Shown piece after piece: positions 39,523 through 51,416 of a stretch of DNA of 64,000 bases. The DNA lies in contig OZ024742.1 in NCBI GenBank assembly GCA_964016885.1, positions 1,178,001 through 1,242,000 of the forward strand, written 5' to 3'. Under the pieces are notes generated by a model that saw nothing but the letters and a program-made list of their open reading frames with translations, was not told where the DNA came from and made no database searches. The DNA comes from Eledone cirrhosa (taxonomy: Eukaryota). Within the stretch, counting starts at the first letter, position 1. Each line of letters opens with the position of its first letter. The translations under genes were made by a program, and so were the position numbers.

Positions 39523-39661
39523 ATCTCAAAGCAAAACTCTTTCAGTGGCATCTTTATTTTTGAGAACCACCAGAAGTCAGTGGGGAGATTGGCAAATGGG
39601 AAAATGCCATTCTTAGCCAAAAAATATTGGATCAGCCATAATGAATGATGCAGCTGCCATC

Positions 39662-40060
39662 TTGTGAGACCCACAGATCAGATCTGTTGTTCAGAGTGTC
39701 TATATTAGCTGCTGATCTCGTGAGACCCACAGATCAGATGTCTTCTTCAGAGTGCTGGTCTCACAAGACCCACAGATCAGATGTCTTCTTCAGAGTGCTG
39801 GTCTCACAAGACCCACAGATCAGATGTCTTCTTCAGAGTGCTGGTCTCACAAGACCCACAGATCAGATGTCTTCTTCAGAGTGCTGGTCTCACAAGACCC
39901 ACAGATCAGATGTCTTCTTCAGAGTGCTGGTCTCACAAGACCCACAGATCAGATGTCTTCTTCAGAGTGCTGGTCTCACAAGACCCACAGATCAGATGTC
40001 TTCTTCAGAGTGCTGGTCTCACAAGACCCACAGATCAGATCTGTTGTTCAGAGTGTCTAC
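39662..40060. repeat. 43-bp minisatellite AGACCCACAGATCAGATGTCTTCTTCAGAGTGCTGGTCTCACA
   Basis: About 7 identical copies plus diverged flanking units. Confidence 0.92.
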
Positions 40061-40996
40061 ATTATGAAGATGTCAGCCAATTGACAGTCATTAAAATATT
40101 AGCTCCATAGTAAACTACTCCCTACCCACCACCTGCTGTAGTATTACTGAAGTAGGGGTGGTCCTTATTTTATAGGGAAGGGAGTTAATAGAAGCTTCAC
40201 AGTAAATAGGATATAGGGCATTTAAAGGTCAGAAGTTAATGAGAGGTGTGGGGAGAGTTGTTAGAAGTGGATGTGGGGATGGACAATGGAAGGGAAGAAC
40301 AGCTGGTAGGTGGATGAATGTGTGGGTGGGTAGGTAGATAAGTAGGTGAAAGGATAGGTGGATGGATGGGTTGATGTATGTATAACACGGGGGGGGGGGC
40401 GGGGGGGCAATCTGTCAGTCTCACTGAAGCTCACTGAGAAACAATGTTATGGTTACACATGCCTGGTGGAATGCTCAGCCACTTGCACATTAATTTCATG
40501 GACAGACTAGTCTCATCATTCTACTAGAACAGTCATCTCAACATGTACAAACAATCTGAAGGTCTTTTATTGATATTCTACACAACTGAGTCTGAGCTAC
40601 AACAACAACCTCTTAATATATACGGTGATGATGATGATGATGAACAACAATTAAAACTAGTTTTTTTTACCAAAATTTGATAAATATAATTCTGTAAATA
40701 TAATTATTACTAATTCTGGATACATTTATAACATTTTCTACTGGGAATTCCTTGGAAAATATTTCAGTTATTTGAAAGAAAATATTTTACTATTTTTACT
40801 CCAGGTAAATATATTTCTTTGGGAAAGCACACACACATGTATGTATGTGTATATATGTCCTCTGGTTGGTCAATGTTACACAAGACCACAGGTCGACCAT
40901 CTCCTCTGTAATATATCAAGTCTGGTTGGTCAGTGTTCCACAAGATATCTAATTTGAGTCTATTTATTTATAATATATCATATTAAAATAGATTAT

Positions 40997-42695
40997 AGTA
41001 ACAGAAAGAGTTATAGCACAGCTGATTAGGGACCGGGTGAATATAGACGAGATGCAATTTGGGTTTGTACCAGGGAAAGGCACCACTGATGCCCTCTTCC
41101 TTGTGAGGCAATTACAGGAAAAGTACCTAGCTAAAAGTAAGCCACTCTACTTGGCATTTGTCGACCTTGAGAAAGCCTTTGACAGAGTTCCACGTGCAGT
41201 AATCTGGTGGGCTCTTAGAAAACTAGGAGTAGATGAATGGCTTGTGAAAGCGGTACAAGCCATGTATAGGGGAGCAGTCAGCAAAGTTAGGATTGGCAAT
41301 GAGTATAGCGAGGAATTTAGCGTACAGGTTGGGGTCCACCAGGGCTCTGTTCTTAGCCCTCTCCTGTTCATCATAGTCCTGCAGGCAATAACGGAGGAGT
41401 TTAAGACCGGATGCCCATGGGAACTCCTGTATGCTGATGACCTCGCACTCATAGCTGAATCTATGGTAGAACTAGAGAATAAATTCCAAACCTGGAAGCA
41501 GGGACTAGAGAGAAAGGGCCTCAAAGTCAACATGACAAAGACTAAGGTCCTTGTAAGTAGACGAGAAAACAGAACCCAGATCCCCTCAGGGAAATGGCCT
41601 TGCTCAGTATGTAGGAAAGGTGTAGGTAGGAACTCCATTCTCTGCCCCAAATGCAAACAATGGGTACACAAGAGATGTAGCGGGATCTCAGGAAGCTTAA
41701 TTAAGAATGTAGGATTCACATGCAGCAGCTGTGCTGAAACAGCAAGCAAACAGCCACAGGAAACAAGTACCACCAATCTCTGGGAGGGCCCTGTAGAAAC
41801 AGTAGACAGCTTCTGCTACCTAGGTGACCGAATTAGCAACGGAGGTGGGTGCTCAGAAAGTACAATAACTAGGGTAAGAACGGGATGGAAGAAGTTTAGG
41901 GAACTACTACCACTGCTAGCTGCAAAAGGCTTCTCCCTCAGAATGAAAGGCAGACTGTATGATGCGTGTATCCGAACAGCGATGTTGCATGGTAGTGAGA
42001 CCTGGGCGCTGAAGGTGGAAGACTTACGTAGATTAGAGAGAAACGAAGCCTGCATGCTCCGATGGATGTGTAACAGTAATATACGTGAACGACAAAGCAT
42101 AAAGGAATTGAGAGAGAGACTGAGCATAAGAGGAATCAAATGCTGCGTGCAGGAGAGGCGGTTACGCTGGTATGGACATGTGATGCGTATGAAGGATGAC
42201 AGCTGCATAAAAAGGTGCAGAGCACTAGAAGTTGATGGAAACCGCGGAGTGGGGAGACCCAAGATGACTTGGGATGAGGTGATAAAAGCCGACCTTACCC
42301 AACTACACCTCTCAAAGTCAATGACACACGACCGTGACTTCTGGCGTCACGCAGTAATACAGGGTACCCGACCTCCCATGGGTACATGCTGAAGCATATA
42401 AACAATATGCCCCCCCCCCCACCGCAAGGTGGCCGTGGAGGTGCCACGGCAAAAAAAGCACCCAGCCCACACTGTAAAGTGGACGTGTAGGCGCCACGAA
42501 AAAGCACCCAGCACTCACTGTAAATGAGGTTGGTGTTAGGAAGGGCATCCAGCTGTAGAAATCAAGCCAGATCAGTTCCTGTATGAGCAAGGCATGGTCA
42601 GCCGACCAGACACTGCCCACAACAGGACAACCCGTCTAACCCATGCTAGCGTGGAAGAACGGACGTAAAACGGTGATGATGATGATGATGATGAT
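40997..42695 (+). mobile_element. Young 5'-truncated RTE LINE (subfamily A): RT, PHD-like finger, 3'UTR and (GAT)n tail
   Basis: Intact ORF 41037-42392 with QFGFVPGKGTTDA, FVDLEKAFDRV, GVHQGSVLSPLLF and LLYADDL. Possible GATTAT target-site duplication at 40991-40996 and 42693-42698. Confidence 0.95.
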
Positions 42696-42719
42696 TATGT
42701 TGTAAAGTTATATAAAATA

Positions 42720-42907
42720 ATTGTTTCTACTTTTGGCACAAGGCCATCAATTACCCAGTACATTACTGGTACTTTATTTTATCGACCCCATAAGGATGAA
42801 AGGCAAAGTTAACCTCGGCGGGATTTGAACTCAGACCGCAAAGGGACGTAACTATGCTGGAAAGCATGGCATCCGACTCTCTACCGATACTGCCAATCCA
42901 CCGCCAT
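42720..42907 (-). mobile_element. tRNA-derived SINE (family 1)
   Basis: B-box GAGTTCAAATCCC on the minus strand. Close copy at 62570-62748; degenerate copies at ~19850, ~50330, ~52930 and ~57090. Confidence 0.75.
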
Positions 42908-43062
42908 TAAGTTATATAAAATAAAGTTATATAAAATAATATAAAATAATATAATATTCATTACAAAGTAAACATCTTTATTCATATTAAAAAACATTTT
43001 CATATTAAATGTTTAGACAAATGTATAACACACACACACAGTCATATATATATACATATATA

Positions 43063-43180
43063 TCATCATCATCATCACCGTTTTATGTCCGTTCTTCCAC
43101 GCTAGCATGGGTTAGACGGGTTGTCCTGTTGTGGGCAGTGTCCGGTCAGCTGACCTTGTCTTGCTCATACAGGAACTGAT
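43063..43180 (-). mobile_element. 3'-terminal ~118 bp of RTE subfamily A inserted in (TA)n
   Basis: Matches 44247-44360. Confidence 0.85.
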
Positions 43181-43201
43181 TATATATATATAATATATAT
43201 A

Positions 43202-43971
43202 TCTGTATATATATAAAGACGAAGTTTTCTGTATGTGTGTGTGTGTATGTGTGTGTGGACAATTTTTAATGAGGGCTCATATATTCTAAACCATTCATGC
43301 GATTTCTTTGAAATTTTTTACAGAGTTTCTCCTTGCACAAAACCTGTACATGATCTACAAAGGCTTTCAAAAATCGATATTGGGGCCTTTGGAGACATTA
43401 AAAAAGTGTCGGTTATTTGAATCAATTTTGGTGATTAAGTAAGACAAGAGTTATATTTAAGTAAGACAGGAGTTATCTTTCGTAATTTGGCTCATTCGGA
43501 TTTTAATTTACTCTTTTTACTTGAAACAAAAGGTACGCTTCCTTGAGACTAACAATATTATTTTGTATATTTCACAACTAGCAATTTCTAATAGATTACT
43601 AAGTTAAGTTATAGATTTGACATTGTATAATTTATCGTTTTAAGCTTGACGTTCATACATTAAGTGATGTCATAACTTTTACAATATTATGCTTTGTACA
43701 TAATAGTGTCTATCATTCACTACACTTCTCTATTTCATGATGCGCTTTTACTGTTGTCAAAAAAATTTATACCTAGACTGGATTTCTGTTGTTACATGGT
43801 ATAACGGATGACACCGAACTCAGATATTAATTATTTCGCTGGAATAGTGCCTAAGGTTTTCATGTTTACATAAAGTACGTTTTTCTTCTATGTATTCAAA
43901 TTTACTTTGTTTAGTTTAATGAGTTACATCGAAAGCTACTTGAAGTGTCCAAAGGACGGGTAGTTTAGCTA

Positions 43972-43972
<1 letters not shown>
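43202..43972 (+). mobile_element. Non-autonomous Helitron-like element
   Basis: A|TC 5' end followed by TATATAAAG and a (TG)n tract. 3' end CTAG|T with a GTCC-AAA-GGAC hairpin about 11 nt upstream. No target-site duplication. Confidence 0.65.
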
Positions 43973-44018
<46 letters not shown>

Positions 44019-44039
44019 CAGTCGATCGACTTTCGTCAA

Positions 44040-44236
44040 ATCGGACCGAGGAAACAATGTTTCCGTTGGTCTTTCCAATTGCTAGTACTCCCTATCGGTC
44101 GCAACTCCAGGTAGAAGGAGCAACGTGAAATAAAGTGTCTTGCTCAAGGACATAACGCATCGCCCGGTCCGGGAATCGAACTCACAACCTCACGATTAGG
44201 AATCCAATTCTCTAACCACTCGGCCACACGCCTTCA
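44040..44236 (-). mobile_element. tRNA-derived SINE (family 2)
   Basis: Minus strand shows A-box TGGCCGAGTGG, B-box GAGTTCGATTCCC, then GTCCTTGAGCAAGACACTT. Related copies at 55975-56110 (-) and 61085-61280 (+). Confidence 0.8.
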
Positions 44237-44245
44237 CATATATAT

Positions 44246-47128
44246 ATCATCATCACCGTTTTACGTCCGTTCTTCCACGCTAGCATGGGTTAGACGGGTT
44301 GTCCTGTTGTGGGCAGTGTCTGGTCGGCTGACCATGCCTTGCTCATACAGGAACTGATCTGGCTTGATTTCTACAGCTGGATGCCCTTCCTAACACCAAC
44401 CTCATTTACAGTGAGTGCTGGGTGCTTTTTCGTGGCGCCTACACGTCCACTTTACAGTGTGGGCTGGGTGCTTTTTTGCCGTGGCACCTCCACGACCACC
44501 TTGCGGTGGGGGGAGTGGGGGCATATTGTTTATATGCTTCAGCATGTACCCATGGGAGGTCGGGTACTCTGTATTACTGCGTGACGCCAGAAGTCACGGT
44601 CGTGTGTCATTGACTTTGAGAGGTGTAGTTGGGTAAGGTCGGCTTTTATCACCTCATCCCAAGTCATCTTGGGTCTCCCCACTCCGCGGTTTCCATCAAC
44701 TTCTAGTGCTCTGCACCTTTTTATGCAGCTGTCATCCTTCATACGCATCACATGTCCATACCAGCGTAACCGCGTCTCCTGCACGCAGCATTTGATTCCT
44801 CTTATGCTCAGTCTCTCTCTCAATTCCTTTATGCTTTGTCGTTCACGTATATTACTGTTACACATCCATCGGAGCATGCAGGCTTCGTTTCTCTCTAATC
44901 TACGTAGGTCTTCCACCTTCAGCGCCCAGGTCTCACTACCATGCAACATCGCTGTTCGGATACACGCATCATACAGTCTGCCTTTCATTCTGAGGGAGAA
45001 GCCTTTTGCAGCTAGCAGTGGTAGTAGTTCCCTAAACTTCTTCCATCCCGTTCTTACCCTAGTTATTGTACTTTATGAACACCCACCTCCGTTGCTAATT
45101 CGGTCACCTAGGTAGCAGAAGCTGTCTACTGTTTCTACAGGGCCCTCCCAGAGATTGGTGGTACTTGTTTCCTGTGGCTGTTTGCTTGCTGTTTCAGCAC
45201 AGCTGCTGCATGTGAATCCTACATTCTTAATTAAGCTTCCTGAGATCCCGCTACATCTCTTGTGTACCCATTGTTTGCATTTGGGGCAGAGAATGGAGTT
45301 CCTACCTACACCTTTCCTACATACTGAGCAAGGCCATTTCCCTGAGGGGATCTGGGTTCTGTTTTCTCGTCTACTTACAAGGACCTTAGTCTTTGTCATG
45401 TTGACTTTGAGGCCCTTTCTCTCTAGTCCCTGCTTCCAGGTTTGGAATTTATTCTCTAGTTCTACCATAGATTCAGCTATGAGTGCGAGGTCATCAGCAT
45501 ACAGGAGTTCCCATGGGCATCCGGTCTTAAACTCCTCCGTTATTGCCTGCAGGACTATGATGAACAGGAGAGGGCTAAGAACAGAGCCCTGGTACACCCC
45601 AACCTGTACGCTAAATTCCTCGCTATACTCATTGCTAATCCTAACTTTGCTGACTGCTCCCCTATACATGGCTTGTACCGCTTTCACAAGCCATTCATCT
45701 ACTCCTAGTTTTCTAAGAGCCCACCAGATTACTGCACGTGGAACTCTGTCAAAGGCTTTCTCAAGGTCGACAAATGCCAAGTAGAGTGGCTTACTTTTAG
45801 CTAGGTACTTTTCCTGTAATTGCCTCACAAGGAAGAGGGCATCAGTGGTGCCTTTCCCTGGTACAAACCCAAATTGCATCTCGTCTATATTCACCCGGTC
45901 CCTAATCAGCTGTGCTATAACTCTTTCTGTTACTTTCATGACCTGGTCCATCAACTTTATACCTCTATAGTTTCCTCTATCTAGTGCATCGCCTTTACCT
46001 TTGTAGCAGTTGACAATGATGCTACTGCACCAATCTTTTGGTATGGCCCCCTCTAGTATTACCTGGTTAACGATACGTGTGGTTATAGTGTGACCTACAG
46101 ACCCAGATGCCTTCAGCATCTCGGCAGCTATACCCGATGGACCGGTTGCCTTCCCTATCTTCATATCTCTGATTGCCTTACTTACTACGCTGCCGCTGAC
46201 TTGTACTGCTGGTCCCTCTATAGGGTCTACGTGGGGTAGGGTCTCTTCTTCCCATGCATTCTCCTCATTTAGTAATCTATCATAATGACTCTTCCATGCA
46301 TCTTTCTTCTCAGCACTTGTGAGGGCAAGCTCACCTTTATCATTCCGGATACACTTCTCTCCAATGACATCACAACTATCTCTGACACACTGCCTCGCAA
46401 TCTTGAATACCTCCTGTTTCTGGTCTACACGTTGTAAAACATGCTTGAATTTTCTATCCTCTGCTTCCCTCCTAGCTAAGTATACTTGTCGCCTAGCTTC
46501 CCTCTTGGTCTCTATGTAATGTACCCTGCTCCCCCCGTTCTTCCATTCTTTCCATGCCTGTCTCTTGGCCTTGACTGCTTCATCTACCTTATTGTTCCAC
46601 CACCAAGTCACTCTCCTCCTGCTTGAGGTCTTACGACAGCCACAAACCTCATCCGTCGCCTCTAGTAAGTTATTTTTTAGGAACTCCCAGTTCTCTTCTA
46701 CGTTAAATGTCTCTATCTGTTCTTCTTTACTGTCGTAGGCGTTGAGTAAAATATCTTTAAATCTGTTACTGGTTGAGGGGACTTTCAGCTTCCAGATCTT
46801 TCTTCTCCAGGTTGGCCTCTGTTTCAGGGCTCGTCTAGTTCTGACCGTGAGGTCGCTGACAACTAAGCTATGTTGGGATGTACATTCCTCACTAGGGAAG
46901 GCTTTTGTGTTTACGACCGTCCATCTGTCACGTCCTCTGATGAGGATAAAATCTAACTGACTAGAGTGCTCCCCTGATCTATAGGTGATCAGGTGGTTGT
47001 CGGGTTTTTTAAAGTTTGTGTTACATATCGACATGTCATTGGCGTCGCAGAATTCTAGAAGTCTGAATCCTTCCTCATTCCTTGTGCCAACTCCATGGCC
47101 TCCATGTACTCTATTGAAGCCGTCGCAG

Positions 47129-47136
<8 letters not shown>
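44246..47136 (-). mobile_element. Young 5'-truncated RTE LINE (subfamily A): APE C-terminus, RT and PHD finger, with one nonsense mutation, inserted in (TA)n
   Basis: ORFs 45073-47034 and 44539-44988 are separated by a single GAA>TAA stop. APE-type motifs TYRSG, SQLDFIL and SQHSLVV. Nearly identical to 40997-42695 over the shared part. Confidence 0.95.
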
Positions 47137-47159
<23 letters not shown>

Positions 47160-47299
47160 CAATGATATTAATAAATGGTGGTTTTATAAATATAGTTTTC
47201 TGCTAGCATGTGTAGTGTGTATATTGATATTATACACAAATATATATACATGTAGATATGATACATCAAATAAAATCGTAATTGACAATATACACAGAA

Positions 47300-47673
47300 A
47301 TTGAACGAAGTCTATTTTACACTGTCTTCTGTAATCAGTAACTTAATCCATGATACATTAAAAAAGACGATATTATATATAAACTGCATTAGGAGAAAAT
47401 TAGCGACGGAAATATATGCAATATTTTTATAAGTGTTATAATATAACGGCCGCTAACCGGAAGTGTTGACATTTGAAAATGTTAAAGAAGGGAATTTTAA
47501 AGGTCTTTAAATAAGCTATAAAATATATTTAATCAACAGCCACCAAATTTAGCACATAAATTATGTAATATTCATTCATTATTTATTCAAAGTAATCCAA
47601 CTTATTTTACAAACGGGGTAAAAAAATGTATTCTGGACGCAATCCCGCACTCCTTACTTTATTATAGTTAAGA
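47300..47673 (-). mobile_element. Possible Helitron-like 5' fragment
   Basis: Minus strand starts A|TCTTAACTATAATAAAG, resembling Helitron 5' termini. The 3' end is not clear. Confidence 0.3.
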
Positions 47674-47879
47674 TTGATATTATACTCCAGAAAACTTGTA
47701 GAGTGCTTCGAATCTGTTATAAGTTTGTTGAATAACCAACAAATTAAATATCTCTCTGCTTATATATATTTCTATATATATATTTCTGATTTTTGCGTTT
47801 CGTTTCGCCTTTCCTGCCCGCGGAAATGCGATTGTCGCTGAATCTTTATTTGTATATATATATATTGTTTAGTTGTTTA

Positions 47880-48419
47880 GTCGAGAGAAGGCTACGTTGG
47901 TATGGTCACGTGATGCGCATGAAAGACGACAGCTGTATAACAAAGTGCAGGGCAATAAAGATAGACGGTAGCCACGGAGTAGGCAGACCCAGAAAAACCT
48001 GGGACGACCTGATAAATTCCGGTAATAGAGAAGACCCGCCTTACCTGAATACAAAGTAAAACCTACTACAGTCAGTAGGCATCTCTAACAAAACACACCC
48101 CCGCCCCAACCACACCGCCCCTTTCAATGTAAAGTTATGTTGGTGCCACAACATCCAGGCCGAAACAAATGAGATCGTGTAGGTGTCACGACAAAAAAAC
48201 ACACAGTCCACGCTGTAATGTGGCCGTGTAGGCAACACGGTAAAAACCTCCCAGTCCCACACTGTAAATGTGGTTGGTGTTAGGAAGGGCATCCAGCTGT
48301 AGAAAACCCGCCAGACAGTCCTATGCGAGCAGGACAACCACTCTTGCTTCAAGTGGGAAAACTCCCGTCCAAACCCATGCAAGCGTGGAACATGGACGTT
48401 AAACGATGATGATGATGAT
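47880..48419 (+). mobile_element. RTE LINE 3' fragment (subfamily C) with (GAT)n tail
   Basis: ERRLRWYGHVMRMKDDSCI...GVGRPRKTW. The 3'UTR contains GTTGGTGTTAGGAAGGGCATCCAGCTGTAGAAA. Confidence 0.88.
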
Positions 48420-50766
48420 ATATATATATATACAAAAAGTTATGAAACGAAAGGAGCTGTGTGGTTACTAAAAACAAGGTTTAGGATGGTGGTTAGGACT
48501 GAACAGGAGGAGAAAGGAAGAAAGGAGTCTCCATCGTCAGCTGTAAATGTTTCCCGAACCAATGTTTCGGCGCTGATTACAGGACATCGGTGTATTTTGG
48601 GTGCGCCCGAGGCCTTTTATTAATCAAAAGGCCAGGTGGAAAAGGAGAGAGAAAGAGAAAAAAAAGTGGAGAAAAAAGGAGAGAGAAAAGGAGAGAGAAA
48701 AGGAGAGAGAAAAGGAAAGAGAGGGAAAGGAGGAAGAACAGGGGAGGAAAAGATGAGGAGAGAGGAAGAAAGGGGAAAGGGGGTAAAAATAGGAAAGGAA
48801 TAGGAGAAAAAAAAAAGTGTACATGCCCCATCGTGGGAAGACACAGGTGAAAGAAACATGCAAAAGAGTAACCATGGAAAAATAGGGAAAGTAAGTTGTG
48901 GCCAACCTGGGAGACTTTAGCCTGGTGGTCAGCTACGACTCAGAGCTGGTATAATCGTGCTGCCTCTCGCATAGACAGGAGAAAGTGAGAGACACGGGCA
49001 ACCAAAAGTGAGGAGGAGAAGGGAAAGGGAGATAATCCAGAAGGGTTTTTTTACAATGGTGGTAAAAATGTGCCGCAAAGATTGGGGACAGAGAGGCCAC
49101 CACAGCATTTGTAAACATGTCAACAATGAAAACCAAGGGATGGATATACAGACATATATATATCACCACTTGAGTATGTACATAAGTCATGTGTGTGTGT
49201 GTGTCATATGCATGTTGGAGTATTCATCATAAACATGTTACTCTGCAATCAGTTCGAAATAGAGAGATAGGTAAATAATATAGATAACAGCTAAAATGAT
49301 ACAGCTGGTAGAAGGTATGGGGCTGGTCCCTCTCTCTCTAGCCGGTAGGAGGTATGGGGACAATATTGAAATGTCAGTCTCTCTCTCTCCTGCTGAGTGA
49401 AATGGAACCCAAGGGTTGAGAAGGGGTCTTGGAGATAAGAACAAGAGGGCAAATTAGGTCAGGCTGTAGGGAACAGCAGCAGTGGTAGCAAAAGGTTGTG
49501 TGTGTGTGTGTGTGTGTGTGTATAAATAAAAAAGAAATATAAAAAAGGGTTTAAACTCAGCAAAACAATCTACCACCTCCCCCCACCTCTTTCATTACCA
49601 ATGTCACTATCAATAATACCACCACCATCACCATCAACCCTACCACCACCACCACTAACACCATCATCATCATCACTATCACCAACCCCACCACCAATAT
49701 CACCATCAACATCACCACCACCACCATCAACCCTACCACCACCAACACCAACATCACCATCACCACTCCCATCAGCACCACCACCACTAATAGCAATCCC
49801 ACCACCACCAACATCATCATCATCATCACTATCACCACTAGCACCAACCACCGCCACCACTGCCACCAGAGTGTGTGTGTATCAGTGCATGTGTGTGTGT
49901 GTGTGTGTGTGTGTGCACATTGAATTCTTTGTCAACAAAACAAGGTTGATAGTCCTGGCTGAAATGGTCTTCATCGTGAGAGGGGGAGGGGAGGGGGGGG
50001 GTCTTCATCGTGGAGGGGCAGTGTCTTCATCGTGGAGGGGTAGTGTCTTCATCGCGGAACGGGCAGGGTATTCATCATGGGAGGGGGTCTTCATCATGGG
50101 AGATGGGAGGGGGTCTTCATCATGGGAGATGGGAGGGGGGGGGGGCTTCATCAATGGATTTGTTTGATTATGATTGATCTGGAGTTACTAACAAGAAACC
50201 ACAAAGAGAAGAGTTTGAAGCAATTGTACTAATGAAAATATTGTCTAAAGACTGTCACAGTGTTATATAAGGGGTCCACCAAACCTGAAATGCATCCCAC
50301 GCCCTCCACCACCACCAAAAGCTTCTAAGTCAGGCACAAGATCAGCAGTTTTGCAGAGTCAATTAAATTGACCCTACAATCTGACTGGTACTTTATCCTT
50401 CTGAACGATAAAAGACAAAGTTGACTGTGACGGCATCTCAGATCATAAACAACTGGAAGAATCAGTTCAAAATATTTCTCTAATGAGTTCTACTATTCCA
50501 CCCCAATAACAATTCCACCACCCACACCATTCCACCACCCTCACAAGTCCACCATTCTGGTACCAAAATAACAACAATAACAACCACAAAACACAACACA
50601 GTAGGGGTTTTAACCTTTTTCATACCAACCTGACCCTGGTTCTATGAAACAACATTTTAAACAATTAAAACCTTCCAACAACTTTGTATAAGAAATACTT
50701 AAGGATAAAATGACGAAATAATTTCAGTGCATCCCTCCAATTTCTTCATTAATACAGATGCTGTGT

Positions 50767-51416
50767 ATCATCATCATCATCATCATCATCGTTTAACGTC
50801 CATCTTCCACGCTTGCATGGGTTTGGACAGGAATTTTCCCACTTGAGGCAAGATTGGTTGTCTTGCTCGTATAGGACTGTCTGGCGGGTTTTCTACGGCT
50901 GGATGCCCTTCCTAACACCAACCACGTTTACAGTGTGGACTGGGAGGTTTTTGTTGTGACACCTACACGACCTCATTTATTTAGGACTGGATGTTGTGGT
51001 ACCAACATAACTTTACAGAGAAAGGGGTGGTGTGGATGGGGTGGGGGTAGTGGGACAGGGGTGTATTTTGGTTAAGAGGTGCCTACTGACTGTAGGTTTC
51101 GCTTTGTACATAGGCAAGGCGGGTCTTCTGTATTACTGCATAACGCCAAAGATCTCGGTCCAGTGACATTGTCTTGGAGAGGTGTAAGTGTTTGAGGTCG
51201 TTCCAGGTTTTTCTGGGTCTACCTACTCCGTAGCTACCATCTATTTTTATCACTCTGCACTTTTTTATACAGCTGTCGTCTTTCATGCGCATCACGTGAC
51301 CATACCAACATAGTCTTCTCTCTCAAGCATCTGATCCATCTTATTCCTAATTTCTCCCTTAGTTCGTTTATGCTTTGCAGTTCACATATATTACTATTAC
51401 ACATCCAACAGAGCAT
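50767..51416 (-). mobile_element. RTE LINE 3' fragment (subfamily C)
   Basis: MLCWMCNSNI and MRMKDDSCIKKC...GRPRKTW. (ATC)n tail on the plus strand. Matches 47880-48419. Confidence 0.88.

Noticed and set aside
39723-40030. Tandem CTGAAGA motifs on the minus strand of the 43-bp repeat as a ribozyme array
   Set aside because: No GAAA half-core or suitable stems in the unit.
41147-42262. Antisense ORFs over the RTE copies (also 44669-45784, 19272-19895 and 57357-57896)
   Set aside because: Shadow frames of the LINE ORF with no independent signal.
44150-44236. tRNA gene
   Set aside because: A and B boxes are present, but the sequence runs into a repeated SINE body with several diverged copies in the window.
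49557-50167. Pro/Ser-rich extensin-like ORF
   Set aside because: Degenerate (CAC/CAT)n microsatellite.
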